Of a stretch of DNA of 64,000 nt, positions 13,201 to 21,300 are shown piece by piece (the first letter of the stretch is position 1; every line of letters starts with the position of its first letter). The position numbers and the translations under genes are program-made. Source of the DNA: Hypanus sabinus (lineage: Eukaryota); assembly GCF_030144855.1 (NCBI RefSeq), contig NC_082732.1:21762001-21826000 (forward strand), read 5' to 3'. The notes beneath the pieces are model-generated. The model searched no databases. It was not told where the DNA came from and worked only from the letters and a program-made list of their open reading frames with translations.

Positions 13201-16200
13201 TTTACAGGTTGACTCTGTGGTAAAGAAGGCAAATGCAATGGTGGCATTTATTTCAAGGGGAATAGAATATAAAAGCAAGAAGATAATGGTGAGGCTTTAT
13301 AAGGCACTAGTTGGGCTGCACTTGGAGTATTGCCAACAGTTTTAGGGCCCATATCTCAGGAAGGATGTGTTGTCATTGGAGAGAGTCCAGAGGAGATTCA
13401 CAAGGATGATTCCAGGAATAAAGGGGTTAACATATGAGGAGCATTTGGCAGCTTTGGGCCTGTACTATTGGAATTTAGAAGAATGCAGTGGGATCTCATT
13501 GAAACCTACTGAATGTTGAAAGACTATATAAGGTAGATGTGGAGAGGATGTTTCCTATGGTGGGGATATCCAGAACTAGAGGACACAGCCTGAAAATTGA
13601 GGAGGGATTTTTTTAGCCAGAGAGTAGTGAATCTGTGGAATGCTGTGCCACTGACTGTGGTGGAGGCCAAGTCCATGGGTATATTTAAGGCAGAAGTGAA
13701 TAGTTTGCTGATTGATCAGGGCATCAAAGGGTATGGTGAGAAGGCAGGTGTATGGGGTTGAGTGGGATCCAGGATCAGCCGTGATAGAGTGACAGAGCAG
13801 ACTCAATGGGCTGAATGGCCTAATTCTGCTCCTATGTCCTTTGCTCTATTGCTGCCCATTAATGGTGTAGACCTGCACAATGAACCAAGGCTCAACCGGA
13901 GAGTCAAGGTTTACTTCAGCCTACTTCAAAGTGATGGTTGACTATATCAGGAATGTGACTGGGAGGTCCTATGCTTCCATTATCCTTCAGGTACCTTTGT
14001 TGATTTTCATCAGTGATCACGCTCTCAACTGCACTGCCTAACCTCATTCTCAGGTCTTTCCTCACTACTGCCCTCCTCCTCACACTGAACCCCCACCAAA
14101 ATGATTCTCCTTCCCCAATTATCTCCCTATAGATGTATCCTTCCTGGACTATTAAGCAGGCTCCCATCTTTCAGAATCCCTGACTATTTCCTCTTTTTCT
14201 AATTGTTTCCCAATTCACCCATCATCAATCACTCTTCCCCAACTGTCTGATTGATTGTTTTACCAAGCTCCCAATCCCCCTCTCCTCCTGCCATCCATCC
14301 CCCAGTGCAGTCATTTCTCACCACTCCTCTCCTCATATACATCTCTTTTCTCTCCTACAGATTGCTTTGTGAATTCCACTTTCTCCATGACAGAAGCCCA
14401 TATTTGTGAGCTGCAGGGTGTATACAGCTTGTTTCATTGAACAATGAGCCTCGCTCGAGTGCACCTTCAATGTGGCTTTTCAGGCTATTAAGTTGTTAAC
14501 TGCCCACTTCAAGTTCAGACATATAGATAACCAAGTCCCGAGTCTATTTTCTCATCAGTGCTGACTCAGATAATGTTGAAAACAACGGGAGTAGGAATAG
14601 AAGTTTAACACCTCAGTAAAGGAATAAATAAGGAAGAAGGTACAAGAGCCTCAGGACTCACACCACCATGTCCAGGAACAAGTACTACCCCTCAATCATC
14701 AAGCTCTTGAACAAAAGGGATTAACTACACTCAAGTTCACTTGCCCCGTCATTGAGATGTTCCCACAAACAATGGACTTACATTTAATCTTACTGTTCAT
14801 CTCATATTCTCGATACTTATTGTTTATTTATTTACTACTATTGCTTCTTCTTTTTGCATTTGCACATCTTATTGTCTTCTGCACTCTGGTTGAACGCCCT
14901 AGTTGGGTGGTCTTTCATTGATTCTGTTATAGTTATTATTCTATAGATTTCTTGAGTAAGCCCATAAGGAAATGGATCTCTTTATATATGGTGACATATA
15001 TGTACTTTGATAATAAAATTTACTTCAAATTTTGAAGTAAAAGACAGCCTTCCTGGTGTAAAGTGCTGCTGAGGACTGTAGTGCAGACTGGAATAGACGT
15101 TTTCCCAACACCTGGCCGTTATTTTGGAAAAACTCTGCCTAAAATCACATATACAGGATGACATTTATGGTTGCTGTTAGTGGAGAGGACAAGAGAAAAC
15201 TTGAGCAAGAAGAATTAACAAAGCAGATGAAAGATACTCGGTGTTTACCTGTCTCTGCACCAGCTGCTCCTTACTGTGATCTCGCTCCTTTTTAGAGCTG
15301 AAGAATGGCAGTGGCATCCGTACTGGAATCAGAAGCTGACAAATCTTCTCATGGATTCCATTCCAATCCGCTGCTTGGTGTGTTACATCACTGAGAGAAG
15401 ACAATTATGGGCACTTATTGATGAGAGATCATCCGTAACGAAGGAATGCACAAAAGCTGGCTCAGTCAATAAATATGTGTTGACCATATATTGAGCAAAT
15501 GGTTGTTGTTGTGATGTTGCATTTTAATCATATCTCATAGAACCATTCTAGACTCAATACTATACAGTCTATACCTATCTGGCTAGTGATTTTTGTTTTA
15601 TCCAACTTGCCCCATGTCAATCCCTCCTGCAAAGAGGAGTAATGAAATGACCAATGAGGTGTTAGTTAAGTGTGAAATGTTCTCTGGGGAAAAGGTTTGG
15701 TTTTCTTCAAAAGTGCCATACTTCTATCACATCCAGCATAATCACTGAAATAGGCAGACAGTCCCAGGCTTAATGTCCAATAGAGAAACTCCAGATGGCA
15801 TGGCATATTTATATTCAATATTTTTATTAAAACTACTTCCTAAGTATAAACACAAGAGATTCTGCAGATGCTGGAAATCCAGAGTAACACACAAGATGCT
15901 GGAGGAACTCTGCAGGTCAGGCAGCATCTATGAAAATAAGATCTGGTACAAAGCAAGCAGGTATACTGTAAAGTGGGCCACCAAGAGAAAGCAGAAGATA
16001 TCAGGGTGCATGGTCAAAGGATACATGAGAAATGCAGAAATTTAGAAGGGAATTCTAGATGGTTGAAAGCATACTGTCTTTGTGAACATAGCAATGAAGG
16101 AATCAAAGGAAAGAGAAAATTTCATGTTGAAGGGAAAATAAGGAGATAGTGAGGTTGCAGTCAAAGAAAGACTTGAATATAAGATTGAGAATTTTAAATT

Positions 16201-17482
16201 TGAGGTTTGGCGAACTAGTAGTCAACGTGGGACCTGAAGATGCCAACCGATGAGTGTATGTGACTTGTGGGATTGGGAGATTTGGGAATGAAACTCAAAT
16301 GCACAGTGAAGGGATGGTAACTGAAAGGAAAGAAAGATTAGAGAGTGACATTAGATAGCAAGCAAGAAGGAAAGTTGGGTAGTCAACAGCATAACAGGAA
16401 TGGGGTTTCGACAACAGAAAGTAGATGCCAAAAGTGATGAGTTTGCAGAGGGCACAAGGTATGGAAGTGAAAATAAGATAGGATGGATCTTTGGGAAATG
16501 ATGGAAAGAGATTTAAATTATGACGTGGACTCAAGAAATCTACAATCTATTCACATATTGTTAACACTGGAATTGGAAGAAGATTTTAAAGATGTGTTGG
16601 TTAACAGAATAATGTTAGTTTCATAGTCCACTTACACCTTATCTCAACAACGTCAGTAGACTTACGCAAACTTCCGCTTCTGCAGAGCGGACTTAGAATG
16701 AATTTAACCCTAAGGCAGATTTATTTTGATCATTTCTCATTGATATTCTTTTTCAATGGAAATTTTCAATACTTTATTTTGCCCAGAAAATTAAGCCGTG
16801 GATAAGAAAATGAACTTTTAAAAAATAAAATCTCACACTTACAAGTAAATTCAGCAACTGATCTGACTCTATTTGAGGTATTTGCATTTTCTTTTTTAAA
16901 GGAATATTGTACTTTTCAGCATTAATCCAGTACCAGCTTAAAATTTCACCTTTAGTAACAAAAAACTGATTACAGTTGTTTTCACCAACGTGCTAGATGT
17001 TTTCCCATTATCATTGAAGTTGCATTTGTACAGAATTGTCATTTTATTGGTATTTGAATATTTTGTAATTGATGCCTTCATAAATCTGCTCTGTCTGAAT
17101 CACAAATTAATGAAAATTGTTGTACTCTGGAAAGCTTTAACTGTCAGTACAATTTCATAGGTCTAGCAAACCCCAGATGTTCGTTGTTTTCTTTACGATT
17201 AAGTTTATTTTCTCTGTTCCTTTGTAAAATGGGTACTTTAGTTCATTCAACTATTGATAGCAACTTTAAACAAATCTGAAATGGAGTCGGAATCCTTCCC
17301 CATAGTTCTTGTTTGGTCAGCTGCCTAACTGGTTTTAGCCACGGTGAAACGCAAGCCTTTACTCACCAGTAGTAAGTAACCCTGCACTGGGTGCACATAA
17401 CGTGAGCGGTTTTTTGGCATATCTCACATTCCATTTTGACACCCTTGGGATTAGCAAGCGGATAAATAGAGGAACTTAGCAT
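1148..17482 (-). CDS. ZMYND12: Zinc finger MYND domain-containing protein 12, partial: coding exons 1-5; 3' exons lie left of the window
   Basis: join(17367..17482,15249..15390,9686..9857,4316..4485,1148..1270); all GT-AG with consistent phases. Translates MLSSSIYPLANPKGVKMECEICQKTAHVMCTQCRVTYYCDVTHQAADWNGIHEKICQLLIP...KYLIDLTRTVAQKLLFEGKHEKAIPGALQSMRF...GLGRLYEAEEYLSQAQW...IYHATRVFGVSDIHVAGGYYHMANVFY. Matches ZMYND12 (MYND finger followed by TPR-like helices); lies head-to-head with PPCS as in human. Confidence 0.96.
4316..4485 (-). CDS. ZMYND12: ZMYND12 exon 4
   Basis: ctcag|GC CTT GGC...GAT GAT|gtaagt; GLGRLYEAEEYLSQAQWTMMKTTECINAIQYKLYRNLGLLYTAKCEYDKALWYFADD; 170 nt. Confidence 0.95.
4650..5090 (+). 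mobile_element. Rex1/Babar-type LINE 3' fragment, degraded
   Basis: gggaagaggtacaggagcctggagacccacac...cttcttcccctccaccatc, same family as 545-1067. Confidence 0.55.
5358..7666 (+). mobile_element. CR1-clade LINE, 5'-truncated, frameshifted ORF2 (reverse transcriptase)
   Basis: KSPGLDEMYPRLL, VPEDWRVADVIPLFKK, NYRPVSLTSV, QHGFVKGR, VYMDFSKAFD, GVPQGSVLGP, SKFAD, LVRPHLEYCAQFWSP, FFTQRVV..WN.LP; (TTTCTATG)n tail; AAAAG repeated at 5353-5357 and 7667-7671. Confidence 0.93.
7199..7314. mobile_element. Penelope-terminus mini-element with degenerate hammerhead, inserted in the CR1
   Basis: 11-bp TSD AGAGGATGAGA at 7188-7198 and 7315-7325; homologous to the termini of the element at 21284-22328. 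Confidence 0.8.
8474..9000 (-). mobile_element. CR1-clade LINE 3' fragment
   Basis: MRRNFFNKRVVNLWNSLP; ataagatataggagcag tail. Confidence 0.8.
9686..9857 (-). CDS. ZMYND12: ZMYND12 exon 3
   Basis: ttacag|AAA TAT...ATC G|gtaaga; KYLIDLTRTVAQKLLFEGKHEKAIPGALQSMRFASAVYGSLSAELVPSQLLLAEASI; 172 nt. Confidence 0.95.
10446..10898 (-). mobile_element. CR1-clade LINE 3' fragment
   Basis: MLKGLNRFD..KLFPM..ESRTRG..FRTEMRRHYFSQRVVNLWNLLP. Confidence 0.85.
12950..13845 (+). mobile_element. CR1-clade LINE 3' fragment carrying a Penelope-terminus insertion at 13055-13193
   Basis: CR1 ORF2 C-terminal DNA motifs; insert flanked by GGGGTAATTTA(T/C)AG at 13041-13054 and 13194-13207. Confidence 0.8.
14630..15035 (+). 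mobile_element. Rex1/Babar-type LINE 3' fragment
   Basis: ggaagaaggtacaagagcctcaggactcacaccacc...gtactttgataataaaatttacttcaaa. Confidence 0.75.
15249..15390 (-). CDS. ZMYND12: ZMYND12 exon 2
   Basis: ctctcag|T GAT GTA...AGA CAG|gtaaac; (C)DVTHQAADWNGIHEKICQLLIPVRMPLPFFSSKKERDHSKEQLVQRQ; 142 nt. Confidence 0.95.
17367..17482 (-). CDS. ZMYND12: ZMYND12 exon 1 (start codon, MYND finger N-half)
   Basis: ATG at 17482; MLSSSIYPLANPKGVKMECEICQKTAHVMCTQCRVTYY; donor TG|GTGAGT; not in the ORF track. Confidence 0.93.
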
Positions 17483-17820
17483 GTCGATATCTTGGGAGAT
17501 CAATTCTTATCGGAAACCCTCTCAGCTCCTGAAGTGCAGTGTTACTAAGGACTTGGGACACGTTGCTAGGGACTTGCGACTCGTTGCTACGGACTTACAC
17601 GTTGTCGAGCACTCCACAGAATCTAGAACTTGCTTCACCTACAAAAATATCATATCACAAACCAATTTCAATTGTAAACGAGAACAATCGAAATGATCAA
17701 AGTGCTGTTTAATGATGTTTGAAGTCAATGACTGCCACCCTGGAGGGGAGAACTCCGGGCGGAAGACTGAGTGGGTGCACGGTTCGCTGCCGGTTGCTAT
17801 TAGAGAGGGAACCAGTTGTC
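17483..17820. promoter_or_regulatory. Bidirectional CpG-island promoter shared by ZMYND12 and PPCS
   Basis: 338 bp between divergent ATGs; CpG-rich from about 17330 to 18480. Confidence 0.85.
17541..17612. promoter_or_regulatory. Tandem array of RFX X-box-like sites
   Basis: GTTACTAAGGAC (17541), GTTGCTAGGGAC (17562), GTTGCTACGGAC (17583), degenerate GTTGTCGAGCAC (17601). Confidence 0.6.
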
Positions 17821-18361
17821 ATGGCGGCGGTGGTGGCTGAGGCAGAGGGCGAGTCGGAATGGACCGGGTTCTTTTCCGACTGCGTACCGCCGCCGAACGC
17901 GGACGCCTCGGCCCAGGCTATGGCCGAGTTCGCGCTGCAACACGCCGGCCAAGGCCGCAGGGTGGTGCTGGTGACCTCGGGCGGCACCAAGGTGCCGCTT
18001 GAGTCGCGGACCGTCCGCTTCCTGGACAACTTCAGCAGCGGCTGGCGCGGCGCCGTGTCCGCCGAGTACTTCCTAAACCTGGGCTACGCCGTGATCTTCT
18101 TGCACCGCCACCGCTCGCTCTTCCCATTTTCCCGGCGCTACTCTGGCCTCAATATCTTGGACACGTTGAAGGCCGTGCAGGACGCCTCGTCCACCTGCTG
18201 GCGGGTGGAAGCTGACCAGTCAGTGCTGCCGGACATCGTGCCGGTGTTGCAGCGTTACACCGCCGTACGAGAAGCCGGCTTGCTCCTGTCCATGGAGTTC
18301 AACACCTTGTCTGATTACTTGTACCTGCTCAGGGCGGCGGCTCAGGCGCTTAACCCCATTG
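17821..18361 (+). CDS. PPCS: PPCS exon 1
   Basis: gtcATGG start in CpG island; ends ATT G|gtagga. Confidence 0.93.
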
Positions 18362-21300
18362 GTAGGAGAACGTTTAAAGAGTGTTTGTTTTTGTATGTGT
18401 ACAGAGTCTGTCAGGGATTTCCTACAACTTGGAAGGCTTTGTATTTTGTCCTTGCAACAAGCTGTTCTGTAGCTATTCCGTTGTAATCTCACGAGTGCAA
18501 TCACATATTTGTAGGGTATCTGCAGTTTAGGTTTGCTTTTATTGGAATATGTAGCGGTGCCTAACTACTGTTTTGGCTATCGTACTGTAACTTCCCTTTT
18601 TTAGTAAATGTTCTGCTTGCTTCCAACACTAATGCCCGTGGTGAGACCATTACTGTGTAGTTTTGGTTTCCTCATTGAAAGCAGGATTTACTTGCTATAC
18701 AGTGCTGCAGAGGTTTACCATACTGGTTCTTGGGGTGCAGATGTCTCATGAGGAGAGATTGAACAAGCTAAACCTTGTCTCGAAAATGACGTGACTTCAT
18801 TGAAGTATACAGAATTTCCAGAGGTCGACGGAGTTGATATTTTCCCAGCTTTGATGCGTAGTACGAGCGGTCAGTCTCAAAATAAGGGATAGGCTATTTC
18901 AGAGTGAAATAAGACATTCAACGCAGTAAATCCGGGGAGACTTGGTCAGTGATTCTCCGCCAGTACATATTAATTTAGTTGAAATCCCATGTTATTTTAA
19001 CACTTATTAGAAATTTGCTTTGCATATTTTTTTCTCTCTGTTGGCCCCTTCTATTGCTTGTGGGCACGTGACTCCCTCATCACAGTTTTCTGGGAATCTA
19101 TGGCTACTATATTCATCTCGTCATATTGCCCCATTTGATGATACTTCCAGTAAAAACCATCCCTTTCCAAACTGCAGTGTTTGTTTTGACCAATATTGTG
19201 CAATATACATCAATCCTCCCTTCCTTTATATCAACCAGGTAGCACAAAAACAGGCTCTTCAGCCTATTGAATTCACACATGCTCCGGGTTCTGAAAACGA
19301 TGATAGATTGATAGATGCAATAGTAATGGTTTTTCAGAATTCCAAAGAATTCCAGAAAAAACACAGTAGATTGCAAGGTAGCAGAGATAACACTGCTACT
19401 GTGAAAGGAGAGGAAGAAATTGAGGACCCCCCCCCCCATGCCCCATGTCTGTTAGCCTGACAGAGATTAATGGGAACCTGTCAGCAAAGTGGTAGTACAA
19501 GGCACTTAGAAAATCATGATTACCAGAGTCGGCATCGTTGTACAGCATTTTGGGAGAAAGCTCAATCGATGCTTCAGGTTTATAACCTTTAATAAAAAGG
19601 TTGCCTGAGTCAATGGTGGAGGCAGATACACTAGTGAAATTTAAGAGACTACTAGACAAGTATATGGAGGAATTTAAGGTGGAGGGTTATATGGGAGGCA
19701 GGGTTGGTACAACATTGTGGGCCGAATGGCCTGTAAATGTGCTGTATTGTTCTATGTAACTCAAAAAGGTCTTTTGACCTGAGACATTAATTCCTTTTTT
19801 CTCTCTCTCTAGATGAAGCATAATGTACTATTTTCTGTTTTGGTTTCAGATTTCTAGAATTCACCATCTAAGGAATCCTAGAAAAGGAAATTGTATTTAA
19901 TGTGTGAATTTTCAGATAGTTGGTAATAACATTTTTGAAATATCAGGCTTGTAATATTTTCATAGACTGTCATTAAATCTGGGAAGTTGCCTTTAAGGTA
20001 CATAGAGGAAAGACAGCTCTTAGTCTAAGTCAGTTTGATATTTAAAAGGTTCAAAGATTCATTTGTATCAAAGTATACAACTCTGAAATTTTTCTTCTCC
20101 AGATAGCACAAAACCTGTTGTAATGTGAGGATTATAAAAATAAGTTAATACTAATTAGGATAATGGTAATATAGGAATATTCCCACCAGGGGAAGCTGTT
20201 CGTAAAGAGAGGCTGGTCCCGGGGTTTGGAGGTGGGGGGGGGGGGTGGTTTGTATAGCTTGCCGTCATGCCGGATGGTTCAGTGAAAGCCTCTGTATGTA
20301 ACTATCGGTTTTGCCATCCCAGATAAATTTGTTCTTTTGGACATGAAGTTGGCGAGTGATCCTCTTTTAACCTAGAAGTTACCACAAAACCAAGAAAGAA
20401 AAGAACGGCAGCATGACCATCAACCCCCAAATCCCTCCTCCCCACACAAAAAAAACCAAACAAAAATGGAACAGGCACATCGACCCTCTAAATCCCCCTT
20501 CCCACACACAAAAAAACGAGAAAGATCAGGCAAGAAACATAAAAACCCAAAAGACTAAAAAAAAGTCCACATACAAAACGCAGAAAACCTGGGCAACAGT
20601 CTCCCTCTTCATTGCAGAGTGATCTCACCAGCGATTTAAAAAGGCAGTCTTCCCTCTCTGGCAGCAGAGCAAATCCCCCAGCGATTTTAAAAGGCAGGCA
20701 GCTGGCAATTCAGTCTCACCAACCAATAAAAGTCTCCCCTCTCTGGCACCAGAGCAATGCCCAAAGGTAGCCTGTGTTTCAATTTCACCAGCGATAAAAA
20801 GACAGTCATCCTCCCCCCTCGACAGCAGAGGGATTTAAGAAGGCCAGCAGCCAGTGTTTCAGTCTCCCTTGTTGCTTTAATCAGTGAAATGGAGTTGAAC
20901 ATCGGCTTGCAGCCTTCATGCCATGAGGTTCCCACACGCTGCCTCTGCCTCACAGAATCCCCTCGGAGATGGCAGAGCGCTGAAATAACCAAACGATCTC
21001 CAAACTGCAAATCACAGGCTCCAACAGTTCCAGAATCACACTCAAGATGAAAACTAAACGTAAAAGGCATAAAAGAAGTGGAATACCTGGTTTCATGATC
21101 TATCCAGATGTCGACCGAAGGAGTGTGGAATGAAGACGCCATCTTGACCGTTAGATTTGATGATATTTGCATTATTCAATTGAGATTTGTGTTCTTTACG
21201 TAAACAGAATAATTTTCTTTGAATATGCATTACCACTGACATTGTGTATAGCTGCAGTAACAATTAAACCACTTACTCCAGATCAAACATGAGGAAACCT

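Noticed and set aside
17541-17612. Regularly spaced short repeats as a CRISPR-like array
   Set aside because: Eukaryotic promoter, 12-bp repeats with related 6-9-bp spacers, no cas genes
17709-18029. 106-aa minus-strand ORF
   Set aside because: Antisense shadow of GC-rich PPCS exon 1
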